64,000 bases of DNA, from contig JBGASG010000004.1 in NCBI GenBank assembly GCA_044229845.1, positions 32,001 to 96,000 of the forward strand, written 5' to 3'. Of the stretch, positions 29,567-39,276 are shown one piece after another (position 1 is the first letter of the stretch; every line of letters begins with the position of its first letter). The notes under the pieces were generated by a model. It saw nothing but the letters and a program-made list of their open reading frames with translations. It was not told where the DNA came from and did not search any database. The DNA comes from Candidatus Obscuribacteraceae bacterium (GTDB lineage: Bacteria; Cyanobacteriota; Vampirovibrionia; Obscuribacterales; Obscuribacteraceae). The position numbers and the translations under genes are program-made.

Positions 29567-30619
29567 TCACACGTCCTGCTGACGGCGCCCACTCAGCAAC
29601 GATTGCCACAGGAAGCAGGCGCCCGCCACCACACAAATAACCAGCACGAAGCAAAACAGGTGCAGCGTGGTCGCCACTGCCAGAGCCAGGTCCGGATCGA
29701 CGTGCGCAACCATCACCAGGGCTTGTTTGACCAGCAGATGGAAAGTGCCGACCGACCCGGGGGTGGGCACCAGCACCCCAGCTGAGCCAATCGTGAAAAC
29801 CATCAGCGTATCGCCGAGTGACACTCGATTAAGCAGATCGAAGGCTCCGATAATCCAGTAAAAATTCAGCCAATAACAAAACCAAATGGCCAGGCTCAGT
29901 CCACCGATAGCCGGAAACGCAATCGGATTGGTAAGCGATTTGGTGCCGGCGTCGAACTGTGCGGACAGCTCGCCCAACTTACCGAAAACCTTGTCCGGCA
30001 CTTTGCTCTTTACGAGCGGCTGCTCCAGAATCATGCGCATGATGCGTCCGACAAACGGCAGCAGAACGAAGCCTACAAATGTTGCGGCACATAATCCGAT
30101 GCCGCCTGGCACCAGCCAGGGCATGGCGGTGCGCAGATCGGCAGGCAGAAAAATCAGCGTGATCCCGAGCAGCAACGCCAGCATTGCGATGTCGAGAATG
30201 CGATCGATGAACAAGGTCGGCAACACACCCGCCAGAGGCAGCTTTTCCGTGCGCGAGATGGTCACCAGCCTGACGATTTCACCGCCGCGCGGCAACGGAA
30301 TGTTGACCACATAGCCATACATGATGGCGCAAAAAGAATTCCAGAAAGAAATCTTGCGTCCGGCCACCGGCTCCAAAAGGATGATCCAGCGCACGGCCCG
30401 CAGCAAGTGACTGCACAGACAGCTGAGACAGACACCGGCGACGAAGAGCATATTGAGATGCTGCATGTGGCGCCAGAGCTCTTTCAAATTGGCGCTGCGA
30501 AATGCGAAGTACATGAAAATCGCAGCAAACAAAAGCCCCAGGAGTTGTTTGAGTATGGCCTTAGTTTTGCTCTGTGCTGCCGGCGGAGTTTCGGCATTGC
30601 TGTCCGAGGGAGATTCCAT
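29567..30619 (-). CDS. Lysylphosphatidylglycerol synthase TM-domain (YbhN/flippase-like) protein
   Basis: LRAVRW, NIPLPRGGEIVR, DRILD, PTPGSVGTFH. Multi-TM. Confidence 0.85.
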   Translation of the reverse strand: MESPSDSNAETPPAAQSKTKAILKQLLGLLFAAIFMYFAFRSANLKELWRHMQHLNMLFVAGVCLSCLCSHLLRAVRWIILLEPVAGRKISFWNSFCAIMYGYVVNIPLPRGGEIVRLVTISRTEKLPLAGVLPTLFIDRILDIAMLALLLGITLIFLPADLRTAMPWLVPGGIGLCAATFVGFVLLPFVGRIMRMILEQPLVKSKVPDKVFGKLGELSAQFDAGTKSLTNPIAFPAIGGLSLAIWFCYWLNFYWIIGAFDLLNRVSLGDTLMVFTIGSAGVLVPTPGSVGTFHLLVKQALVMVAHVDPDLALAVATTLHLFCFVLVICVVAGACFLWQSLLSGRRQQDV

Positions 30620-30628
30620 GTTGTTTCT

Positions 30629-31801
30629 TCAGTCCCCGGCCGTCTGCCCGTAAATCGAGAGCGGCACTTGAATCGGCTGGTCCAGATGAATGGTCATCGG
30701 CGTCCCGGCCGGCAACATAACGTCACGCCCGCGGCGCATCGTCAAGTCTTGCAGCGCACCGGTACCGGCGCCCAAGCCGGTGCCCATCAACATGCTGCTG
30801 GCATACGATCCATGCCCCATTACACCACCCAGGACACTGCCGATCGCCATGCCGCCACCGGCACCAATGGCGGTGCGGAGAGCGAACTGTCCGAGCTTGG
30901 TGCCCCAGCCTTCGCCGCGATATTCATCGCTGTCGCCGATCGCCTTGTTGGCGTACTTGCCGATATCGCCGACAGTATGCGCAGACATGCCAACCACCGC
31001 ACCATTGGGGAAGCGCATCTGGTTGAAAACCAGACTGAGACTGCCGGAACGGCTAAAGTATCGGCCGCCGGAAGCCTGCGAAACTTCGCCGTTGATCACT
31101 GTACCGGCCGGAATATAGGCACCGCCGCTGAGGGCAATGTTCTTTTGCAAGACCGCCTGTACATAGTCGCCGGCATGGGCAACGCTGGTGGCAATCGCCG
31201 TGTTCAATACGCAAGGAATGATGAATCCCTCCGGAGCGGTGGCAACCCGCGGTTTGCCCGGATACCAGGCCGGCTGCTCGGTGATTTGTGTCTGTCCGTA
31301 AACCGGCCCCGCCTCGCTCTGCCCGTATTGTCCTTGCCCGTAAGCAGGTTGCCCGTACTGTCCTTGCGGTGCCTGTCCGTACTGCCCCTGTCCATAACCG
31401 TTCTGTCCATAACCATCACCGTTCTGTCCACCGTCGCCGGCGGAGTTCGGGTAGCCGACCGGATTTTGATACGACGAGCTGGGATGAGGATAGGCGAATG
31501 GATTGGCGAAGCTGTGATGCGGGTAGGCGATCTGTCCTGTATAACGGCGCGTCACCGGCATCGGGTTTACGAAGGGCGGCGGCTCATATTGCGGCTGGGA
31601 ACTGTACTGGTACTGAGGCGACTGATTGTAACCAGGCGGCGTCTCCATCGGCATCTCACCGGCCGGCGGCTGCACGTCGTTTATCTGTTGAACCGGCGGC
31701 GCGTTGTTGACACCCGGCGCTGTCTCGTATTCCTGAGCATGCACAGCCTGCACCACCGACAGTGGCAGCAAAAGAGACGCACCAATGACAGCGGCTTTCA
31801 T
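30629..31801 (-). CDS. Exported protein with Pro/Gln/Tyr/Gly-rich N-half and TrbI/VirB10-like C-terminal domain
   Basis: Signal peptide ending VHA. GYGQN/GQYGQ repeats. LNTAI...AGD.V.A.L...IPAGTVINGEV...L.F and a glycine zipper GAGGGMAIG...GLGAG..RGRDVMLPAGT. Confidence 0.7.
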   Translation of the reverse strand: MKAAVIGASLLLPLSVVQAVHAQEYETAPGVNNAPPVQQINDVQPPAGEMPMETPPGYNQSPQYQYSSQPQYEPPPFVNPMPVTRRYTGQIAYPHHSFANPFAYPHPSSSYQNPVGYPNSAGDGGQNGDGYGQNGYGQGQYGQAPQGQYGQPAYGQGQYGQSEAGPVYGQTQITEQPAWYPGKPRVATAPEGFIIPCVLNTAIATSVAHAGDYVQAVLQKNIALSGGAYIPAGTVINGEVSQASGGRYFSRSGSLSLVFNQMRFPNGAVVGMSAHTVGDIGKYANKAIGDSDEYRGEGWGTKLGQFALRTAIGAGGGMAIGSVLGGVMGHGSYASSMLMGTGLGAGTGALQDLTMRRGRDVMLPAGTPMTIHLDQPIQVPLSIYGQTAGD

Positions 31802-31813
31802 GCGTCCTCCAGA

Positions 31814-32155
31814 CTACAAATTGATGGTTCCCACATAGGCTTCGAATTCATTGAAAGCCCGTCTCAACTGGTTCTGTTTACCGGTGATGTTGTCCCAGTT
31901 TTCAGCATGTGCGTCGCCTTCGATCTGCATACTGATGTTGTGCAGATCATGGATTGTCATGGTGACCGCCAATCCCTTGAGTTGGTGCGCGGCAGCCGCC
32001 ACGACCTTGAGATTCTTATCTTGAATGCCCCGCTCCACATCATCGACCAGTCCCCGGGCTTCGCCCACGGACATCGAGAGCAGCTCCTTTACGGTTTCGT
32101 CACCGTAAAGCTCTCGCAAGCGCGCCAAGTTAAGCGGTTCTTCCCCAGTACTCAT
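31814..32155 (-). CDS. Hpt (histidine phosphotransfer) domain protein
   Basis: LRELYGD...AAAHQLKG motif. Confidence 0.88.
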   Translation of the reverse strand: MSTGEEPLNLARLRELYGDETVKELLSMSVGEARGLVDDVERGIQDKNLKVVAAAAHQLKGLAVTMTIHDLHNISMQIEGDAHAENWDNITGKQNQLRRAFNEFEAYVGTINL

Positions 32156-32280
32156 CCCGAATTTGGGCTCGCTGTGGTAACCGCCCAATTATACTGTGGA
32201 TGAAATTTTCTAACTTCTTCTTGCAAAGGCGCTAAAATTCCGGTCTGTCCCAATCATTGCCAAGAGCGCTGGAGCAATTA

Positions 32281-32739
32281 ATGACTGAAGCCGTAGGCGT
32301 TTGCCTGATCTGCGATAGCTTTCTCGAATATCTGAAGACCGTTGCCTGGTGTAAACAGGGCGAAGACGTTCTGGTGGCGGTGCAGAAGTGCACACCCGAA
32401 ATAATTGTCGCTTTCGGCGAACACCAGGTTAACGTCTATCCGGGCGGCACCGCCATGAAGATCAACAAATCCTGGCTGACCTATCTGCAGCAAAAAAATT
32501 CCGAAGGCACACCACTGCCGATGCTGCTTGTCTGGCGTCCGACCGGCGTCGAAATCTGGTATCGCCGTCATCAGAGCTGGGACTTCCCTTACGACATGTG
32601 GCAGAACCCGATTGCCGAAACTTACGAACGCGATCGCGTTTTACTGCCGGCAGAGCATGGCGGCGCTAAGTTCAAGGAATACCACACCGAATTGTGCGCA
32701 GCCTCCAAAGCCTGCCCGACCCAGATTCCGCCGCAATAA
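32281..32739 (+). CDS. Hypothetical protein
   Basis: GGAG RBS before ATG 32281. First gene of a tight three-gene run. Confidence 0.65.
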   Translation: MTEAVGVCLICDSFLEYLKTVAWCKQGEDVLVAVQKCTPEIIVAFGEHQVNVYPGGTAMKINKSWLTYLQQKNSEGTPLPMLLVWRPTGVEIWYRRHQSWDFPYDMWQNPIAETYERDRVLLPAEHGGAKFKEYHTELCAASKACPTQIPPQ

Positions 32740-32741
32740 CC

Positions 32742-33287
32742 GTGCGCCAGAGCGTAGTGATCACCGGCGTCGGTCGCGATCGGGTCGGCATTGTAGCTGA
32801 GCTGACCGGGCTTTTGTTTCAAACCGGTTGCAACTTGATGGACAGCAGCATGACTTTGCTGCGCGGTGAGTTTGCTTTGATTCTGATGGCTGAGTTGCCG
32901 GAGAATGTCGACGTTTCTCAACTGGAAGCCAAGCTGGCGATCATAAAGTCTCGACTGGGGCTGCATCTGCACGTGCGCGAGTTGACGGCCGCCGAGCTCG
33001 AGACGCAGGAAGCAGAAGACGGCTTGCACATAATCTCGGTCTACGGAGCCGACCGCCCTGGTATCGTTTCCGGTGTCACCAACAAACTGGCAGCGCTGAG
33101 CGTCAACATCACCGACGTACAGACGCAGTCGACCGGAAGCCCGGACAAGCCGGTGTTCGTCATGATTCTGGAAGCGGTGGCACCACCATCGGTGACAACC
33201 GAGCGCCTGCAAGAAGAATTGCAGACCTGCCGGCAAGACCTGAGCGTGGACATCACGGTACAGGCTCTGGAAGTGGCGGAGCTCTGA
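32742..33287 (+). CDS. Tandem ACT-domain protein (GcvR-like)
   Basis: VITGVGRDRVGIV and SVYGADRPGIV...NITD. Confidence 0.88.
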   Translation: MRQSVVITGVGRDRVGIVAELTGLLFQTGCNLMDSSMTLLRGEFALILMAELPENVDVSQLEAKLAIIKSRLGLHLHVRELTAAELETQEAEDGLHIISVYGADRPGIVSGVTNKLAALSVNITDVQTQSTGSPDKPVFVMILEAVAPPSVTTERLQEELQTCRQDLSVDITVQALEVAEL

Positions 33288-33292
33288 CGGCA

Positions 33293-33793
33293 ATGGCCAT
33301 TTTGCCGATTCTCGTTTACCCGGATCCGCTGCTCAAAAAAGTTTCTTCGCCGGTTGAACAAATGGACGCTCGCTTCGAGCAGCTGATCAACGATCTGGAA
33401 GAGACCATGTATGAGCAGCCCGGTTGCGTAGGCATCGCGGCACCACAAACCGGACATCTCGATCGCATTATCCTGATCGACGTCTCGAGAAACCGCAAAC
33501 CGCTGCCCAATAACGGCAAGCTGCTGATGATCAATCCGCTGGTCGAAACACAGTCAGGTGAAGTGCTGGGCCGCGAAGGCTGTCTCAGCCTGCCGCACTT
33601 GACCGCCAATGTCAAACGGGCGCAAGAGATTCGCGTGCGCTATCTGGACAGACAGATGCAAACCCACGAACTGTCCACCTCAGATTTCGAGGCGCGCGTA
33701 GTTTTGCACGAAGCCGATCACCTGGACGGCATCTTGTTTCTCGACCGCGTCAGCTCGTTGAAGACGGATGTCTTCCGGCGAAAACGCTATTGA
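33293..33793 (+). CDS. def: Peptide deformylase
   Basis: GIAAPQ, EGCLS, HEADHLDG. Confidence 0.96.
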   Translation: MAILPILVYPDPLLKKVSSPVEQMDARFEQLINDLEETMYEQPGCVGIAAPQTGHLDRIILIDVSRNRKPLPNNGKLLMINPLVETQSGEVLGREGCLSLPHLTANVKRAQEIRVRYLDRQMQTHELSTSDFEARVVLHEADHLDGILFLDRVSSLKTDVFRRKRY

Positions 33794-34074
33794 AAAACGT
33801 CAGCCAACCAGGCGAAATCCCACTACCCTAGCCGTTTGTTACCAGCGGAGAGCGCTCCGCTGATGTCCGCAACAGGGCATCGACGCTGGTGTCAACCAGA
33901 GCAAAAGTAACGTCGATTACTCGATTGCGTGCGATGCGTGCCGTTGCGCCGGTGTGTGAAGCCGGATGCGCAATCAGCGGAGCCGCGCTCGCCCTGCCGA
34001 TTGTGCGTCAGCAGGTGGTCTCTAACCGATTTACGGTAGCGCGTGAAAACGCTGTTAAATTCAGGGCCTTAATC

Positions 34075-34287
34075 CTACGAAGCAGCTTCCGCTGTTTTGC
34101 TGCGCATGAACTTGAACAGTTCGTAAAGCGCACACAATCCCACAACCGCGTAGATCACTTTGGTTGCGGTCGTACCGTCACCAGCAATTGCCGTCACCAG
34201 GTTGTAGTTGCAAAGCCCAACCAGGCCCCAGTTTATGCCACCGACGACCATGAGAATGAAAGCCAGTAGATCGAGATGTTTCATCAT
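34075..34287 (-). CDS. DUF378 family small membrane protein
   Basis: LMVVGGINWGLVGL...NLV...IYAVVGLCA. Confidence 0.9.
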   Translation of the reverse strand: MMKHLDLLAFILMVVGGINWGLVGLCNYNLVTAIAGDGTTATKVIYAVVGLCALYELFKFMRSKTAEAAS

Positions 34288-34687
34288 TTTCCTAGTACCC
34301 TTAAAGCATCAAATCCGCAAAGCCGAGGGGCTTTCCCTCGTGTCTGATTTGCATGCTTAATTACAATTTAATACCGTTTTCGATACCATGTCAAGAAGCG
34401 GTGACCGCCGAAAGGTTGATCCTCCTTGCGTTTTGCCTAGCCACCACTTTTTGAACCGCCCGCAGTCGGTCGCCGAACCTGCGAACTGGTCTGGAATAGC
34501 AGGTTTGCATCCCGATTGGGCTTTTGCCCCGGCGGCGCAAAAGCCTGCCGGAGAGGGGAACTTAGCGCCCGTAACCGCTGCTCGATCTGGAATGCGACAA
34601 AACTGGTTATATTGAGATTGAAATCTCTCACACGTGGGATATTGATACAGCTTGTGGATCTGATGTTACAGAGGCTAGTTGACGCTG

Positions 34688-36007
34688 ATGCATACCAATA
34701 AAACCACCCGTAAAGTCCTTTTGAGCCTGCAGGCACTGGCTCTGGCCTGCACCGTCTCGCTGGCGCCCCGAACTGCTCAGGCTGACGAGGCACCGGCCGG
34801 GGAATCGAAGGCACCAGCGGCAGCCAATCCGGCGGCCGAGCCGGCGGCAACACCGCCTGCAGCCGCGGCTCCGGCAGCGACAGCGCCAGCCGCCGAGACA
34901 CCGGCACCAGCTGCCACGACGGCACCAGCTGCCACGACCACCCCGGCGACAGACAGCAAACCTGCTGGATCTGCAAAACTGAATGCCGACGACGAGCGCC
35001 GAGCCAAGCGCAAAGCACAGGAAGAAGCCGAGAAAGAAGCGATTCGCAAGAAGAAAGAACAAGAGAAAGGCAGCTACTACGGCAGCATGGGCACCACTGA
35101 CACGCAGAAACGAGTGGGAGCCGACAGCGGCACCGACACCTACTACAACTCTATTAAGGCAGCGCCGAAGATCGAGCCACCACCGCCGTCGGCACCGATT
35201 CCTCTGGCACCGGTCGTCATCGACGGCGCGCACCAGAAAGTTGCACCAAGCGCCAATCCCATCGGTAACGCCGGTAAAGGATGGAAGGATGACGCATCAG
35301 TGTCCGGCTCCATCACTTTGACGCGACACGTCAACACAGCGAAAGAAATGCTGGACAAGGGACAGTGGACGCTGGCTAAAAAGCATTACGGCGCCGCTAT
35401 GCAAATTGAACCAGCCAACATGGAATACATGATCGGGTACTACAAGGCATGCCTTCTCGGGCAGGATTGGCCCAGCGTCGTCAACACCCTGGAGAAGATC
35501 TTTAGACAGGATCCCACGAAGGAAAAACTGTATTACGCCGATTACGGCAAAGCGCTTTACTTTAACAATCAGGTGCCCCAGGCGACTGCCGCGTTGAAGA
35601 AAGCCGTCACACTCGGCTCCAATCCCGAAGGCGTGCACGAAACAATGCTCGGCATGTATCAGTATCAGCGCGACTATCCCAACGTCATTCTGGAATACAA
35701 AGCGCTGATTAAGTGCGCTCCGGCAAAAACAGAACGAATCAAAGCTCTCGCTGAATTGCTCTGGCAAACAGGCAATCAAACGGAATCGGCTACCTACTAC
35801 AAACAGTACGCCAAGGTCCGCCCCACCGATGCCGAGGCGCAGCAACAACTGGGTTATATCCTCTGCGCCATCAAGGACTATCCCGGCTCGGTCGCCGCCT
35901 ACAGGAAAGCTCTCGCCATCTCACCGGCCGATCCACGTGCCAAGCAAGGACTGGACTACGCGCAAGCTCAACAGAAAGCCGCCAGCGCTTCTAAAGATGA
36001 CGATTAG
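34688..36007 (+). CDS. Exported TPR-repeat protein with Ala/Pro-rich linker
   Basis: Signal ending AQA. PAAxPA-rich stretch. TPR-like helices such as AQQQLGYILCAIKDYPGSVAAYRKALAISP. Confidence 0.85.
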   Translation: MHTNKTTRKVLLSLQALALACTVSLAPRTAQADEAPAGESKAPAAANPAAEPAATPPAAAAPAATAPAAETPAPAATTAPAATTTPATDSKPAGSAKLNADDERRAKRKAQEEAEKEAIRKKKEQEKGSYYGSMGTTDTQKRVGADSGTDTYYNSIKAAPKIEPPPPSAPIPLAPVVIDGAHQKVAPSANPIGNAGKGWKDDASVSGSITLTRHVNTAKEMLDKGQWTLAKKHYGAAMQIEPANMEYMIGYYKACLLGQDWPSVVNTLEKIFRQDPTKEKLYYADYGKALYFNNQVPQATAALKKAVTLGSNPEGVHETMLGMYQYQRDYPNVILEYKALIKCAPAKTERIKALAELLWQTGNQTESATYYKQYAKVRPTDAEAQQQLGYILCAIKDYPGSVAAYRKALAISPADPRAKQGLDYAQAQQKAASASKDDD

Positions 36008-36018
36008 TTTCAGTAGCT

Positions 36019-36945
36019 TCAGCGTTTCTTCAGATAGCGATTGAAAAAATCCAGCGTGCGATGCACGTTTTCCATGGAAGCCAGCGAATGGTTGGCTTCA
36101 GCGACGACTGTATATTCGCTGGGCAGATGATTGCTCTGCAGCGCTTTAAAAAGAGTATCGCTCTGCGCAATCGGCACCACATCATCTTTCTTGCCATGAA
36201 TGATCTGCAGCGGCGCATCGCCTTTGCCTACATATGTAAGCGGACTGGCCCAATCGAGGCGCTTGCCGCTGATGTCTTTGGCCAGCAAAAGATGCATGGG
36301 TGAATTCGGATTGGCAAAATCGATTTTCCAGTTCGGTCCCTGAGCTTCCTCACGGATGTGGGACAGGTCCGCCGGTCCGCAATAGTCGGAGCCGGCCTGG
36401 ATAGCACTGGAGACATTGTTGTAGCCGTCGCCCTCAAACTCTTTGACACCATTAGTAGTGGCAAGCATGGCGACCAGGTGACCGCCCGCCGACATGCCCC
36501 AGGCGCCGATGCGGTTGGGATCGATATTGAACTCTTTGGCATGCGCGCGCAAAAATCTGATCGCCGTTTTGCAGTCCTGAATTTGCGCGGGAAACGGTGC
36601 TTGCGTGCTCAGTCTGTAGTTGATGCTGGCGGCCGCATAGCCTTTCACCAGCAGTGGTTCTACCGGCGCCTTTTCCTTGTCGCCCTGCAGCCAGGCGCCC
36701 CCATGAATCCAGACAATGATCGGAAAGGGACCGCCTTTCCTGGGCACCACCACGTCCATTTTCTGCCGGTACTCATTGCTGCCCGGCACATAACTGACGT
36801 TGTGCCAGACGCGCAGCTGAGCATCTTCAGAGGGATCCGGCAATCCCGGTGGCGGCAGCCCCACGGCCGGATTCAGGGCTGGACCTAGAAAACTCAAAGC
36901 CAGGCAAGCAGCCAGCAGAAGCGATTTGGAAGCGAATGCATTCAT
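36019..36945 (-). CDS. Alpha/beta hydrolase (HSL-like esterase), exported
   Basis: HGGAW, INYRL, GMSAGG, HGKKDDVVP, ANH. Confidence 0.92.
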   Translation of the reverse strand: MNAFASKSLLLAACLALSFLGPALNPAVGLPPPGLPDPSEDAQLRVWHNVSYVPGSNEYRQKMDVVVPRKGGPFPIIVWIHGGAWLQGDKEKAPVEPLLVKGYAAASINYRLSTQAPFPAQIQDCKTAIRFLRAHAKEFNIDPNRIGAWGMSAGGHLVAMLATTNGVKEFEGDGYNNVSSAIQAGSDYCGPADLSHIREEAQGPNWKIDFANPNSPMHLLLAKDISGKRLDWASPLTYVGKGDAPLQIIHGKKDDVVPIAQSDTLFKALQSNHLPSEYTVVAEANHSLASMENVHRTLDFFNRYLKKR

Positions 36946-37006
36946 GGAGTCTGTTTTATAGCACAAAGTGCAGTATTATTTGGGCGCATCTGCGCAGGAG
37001 AACCTC

Positions 37007-37354
37007 ATGAAGTCCATCGATTGGCTATATCACAGGAAAAACTGCGAGACCTGCGCCAAGGCGCAAGACTTTTTCACCCGTCACAAAATATCTGCCAAAG
37101 AGATTGTAGATGCCCGTAAGGAGCGGCTCGATCCTCCGCAAGCCCTGAAGCTGGCCGCCAAAATGGATGAAATCTATGTGACTCGCGGCAAGAAAGTTCT
37201 GCACTTCGATATGAAGCAAAACGCGCCTGACAAGCAAGAACTGTCCGCAGTTTTGATCGGGCCGAGCGGCAATTTACGGGCACCAGCCATGGTGCTGGAC
37301 AAGACCCTGGTGGTGGGCTTCGACGAAGACACCTACGACAAAGTCTTTAAATGA
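37007..37354 (+). CDS. ArsC/Spx-like thioredoxin-fold protein
   Basis: WLYHRKNCETCAKA...GPSGNLRAP...VVGF. AGGAG RBS. Confidence 0.8.
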   Translation: MKSIDWLYHRKNCETCAKAQDFFTRHKISAKEIVDARKERLDPPQALKLAAKMDEIYVTRGKKVLHFDMKQNAPDKQELSAVLIGPSGNLRAPAMVLDKTLVVGFDEDTYDKVFK

Positions 37355-37596
37355 GCACTGTGAACGTAGCGGTGTTTGACGACGGCGACTGGATAGTTGC
37401 GCTTTGCCTGGAGCTGGACGTCGCCACGCAAGGAGCCACCGAGGAAGAGGCGATTGCCAACCTGCAGGAGGCGCTCACGCTGCAATTTGTTGCGCCCTCA
37501 AGTTCACCGGAACCGGCGCCGGCGTCGGCACCGCCCTCCGCCAGCCGCCTTTTGACCGTCTCACTGCCTGCCGGCATCGGCAACCATCAATCATGA
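37351..37596 (+). CDS. hicB: HicB-like antitoxin (short, no DNA-binding domain)
   Basis: DGDWIVALCLELDVATQGATEEEAIANLQEAL. Confidence 0.85.
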   Translation: MSTVNVAVFDDGDWIVALCLELDVATQGATEEEAIANLQEALTLQFVAPSSSPEPAPASAPPSASRLLTVSLPAGIGNHQS

Positions 37597-37823
37597 AGAT
37601 GCTCCGCACATTCAAGGAAGTGCGCTTTTTTCTGGAAGCTCAAGGATTTCGTGAGATCACCCAGCTCGGCAGTCATGCCAAATTCATTAAGCGGGAGACC
37701 GGCTGCGCGGTGCGCACCTGCATCCTGCCGCACTACGTAGAACTGGCACCGGCGGTCGTTTCAAGCATTTTACGCCAGGCAGGATTGGGACCCGACGTTT
37801 CTCTGGACGAGCCGAATCGATAA
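37593..37823 (+). CDS. hicA: HicA-like mRNA interferase toxin
   Basis: FKEVRFFLEAQGF..ITQLGSHAKF...LPH..ELA....SILRQAGL. ATGA overlap with hicB. Confidence 0.85.
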   Translation: MKMLRTFKEVRFFLEAQGFREITQLGSHAKFIKRETGCAVRTCILPHYVELAPAVVSSILRQAGLGPDVSLDEPNR

Positions 37824-37888
37824 CCCAGGTGGAAGTTCGCTAAAAACTGGGCATAAAAAGTCTGGTGACCTGACCCAGGTAAGCGATC

Positions 37889-38578
37889 ATGGCGACTGAA
37901 GAGCGAAGAAAAATCATGGGACTGGACGATGTGTACCAGTACTGCCGCGAGTTAGAGGCGGATAAGGGACGTCCGGTTCTCTTCAAATTGACCCAGGCGA
38001 TTCGCACCCTCGACTACGCAATTGCAGTGTCTCAAGGTGAGAGCGCTGACGGCCCCAGGGTTTCGGAATTTGCCTGGTCGACCTTGCGTGACCAGCTCTA
38101 CACCCGACTTATTACCTGCTTCGAGGGCTCTTACCTGGTTTTCGGCGAGGGCGGTGAAGCGCCTCTTGATGCCGGTTCCGAATGGCCCGAAGCGGGACGT
38201 GTCGAGTTTTACCCAGCCCGCCTCGGACGCCGCAACGACATGTTTGCCGCCGATTTGAGCCGGCTCGACCCGACGGTCTTGATGTGCCTGCGCTGGAGTT
38301 TCGCTGATTGCCGCCTGCATCTGACGCCGGCTTCGTTTGTCACCGACTTCGATGCTTTCGAAGGCAAGGACAACGAACGCGAACAAGCCACCAAACTTTT
38401 GCAAGCGCTCTATCAAGTTTGCGAGAAAGAAGCCTCTCAGGGCAAAAAGAATGCGCACCGCAAATGGTGGCAGCTATACTGGCAAGCCAATTCCAGTCAG
38501 AACAAGACTGAGAAGCACCAGTTGCAAAAGCAAATGCTGCATTTGCAGTCGATGTGGGGACGACCGGTCACACCCTGA
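37889..38578 (+). CDS. Hypothetical protein
   Basis: 229-aa ORF. No recognised motif. Confidence 0.65.
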   Translation: MATEERRKIMGLDDVYQYCRELEADKGRPVLFKLTQAIRTLDYAIAVSQGESADGPRVSEFAWSTLRDQLYTRLITCFEGSYLVFGEGGEAPLDAGSEWPEAGRVEFYPARLGRRNDMFAADLSRLDPTVLMCLRWSFADCRLHLTPASFVTDFDAFEGKDNEREQATKLLQALYQVCEKEASQGKKNAHRKWWQLYWQANSSQNKTEKHQLQKQMLHLQSMWGRPVTP

Positions 38579-38852
38579 CAGAACACCCGGGTGATCCGCG
38601 CCGCCGGCCTACCTTGCGCATGACACCATATTAGGTGCTGCGGCTGCGCGCAGACGGCAGGCTTAAACACGCATAGGATGCCAGCTTCAAACAGTCGAGC
38701 CGGCTGCTCAGCTTGTCCGGCTGTGGCTGCTTGCCCACAGAAAAATCACTTCCAAAAATTGGGAACTGCAAGAAATTTATGCACGTCCCCCGCTTCGGCA
38801 ATAGGCAATGAATGCTCGAAGGAAAAACAACTTCCGGCAAGGAGATATCTCT

Positions 38853-39236
38853 ATGGGAAAAACCAAATTTCTTGTGGTTGCCGCCAGCCTGGTCTCGCTG
38901 GGCAGCAGCTTGCTGCCGGCGGCCTATGCTGATGGCATGCCAGACATGAACTACACGCAAAAGCCGATGAAGAGAAAGCTTCATAAGGGCAAGCGCACGG
39001 CTAGCGTTATATATCGCGACCGCATCATCACTAAAGACCAGATCATCGAACGACCAGTGGAAAAAGTGGTGACGGTGGAGAAGGTCGTAGAAAAACCGAT
39101 CATCATCGAACGCACGATGGAGCAAAGCGCTGTTGCCGAACCGGTGTGCATCGATCAACCGCTCACCATTCAGCAACGTGAAAAGAAACCATTCTTCCTG
39201 CTGCGCCTGCATCTCTTCCCGCGCAAAGGCGGCTAG
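38853..39236 (+). CDS. Small exported protein with V/E/K/P-rich repeats
   Basis: AAGGAG RBS. Signal ending AYA. IIERPVEKVVTVEKVVEKPIIIE. Confidence 0.75.
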   Translation: MGKTKFLVVAASLVSLGSSLLPAAYADGMPDMNYTQKPMKRKLHKGKRTASVIYRDRIITKDQIIERPVEKVVTVEKVVEKPIIIERTMEQSAVAEPVCIDQPLTIQQREKKPFFLLRLHLFPRKGG

Positions 39237-39276
39237 TGGAACGGCTCAAGCAAATGAATACTTAAAGGAGAAACCT

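Noticed and set aside
30407..32203. 598-aa + strand ORF
   Set aside because: Antisense to three recognisable minus-strand genes, with Arg-rich non-protein-like composition.
34308..34355. c-di-GMP-I riboswitch-like GCAAAGCC with hairpin CGAGGG/CCCTCG
   Set aside because: The upstream GGCAAAC...GNRA stem is missing. Only a fragmentary match.
37007..37060. Possible selenocysteine in the ArsC-like CxxC motif
   Set aside because: Both codons are TGC. No in-frame TGA.
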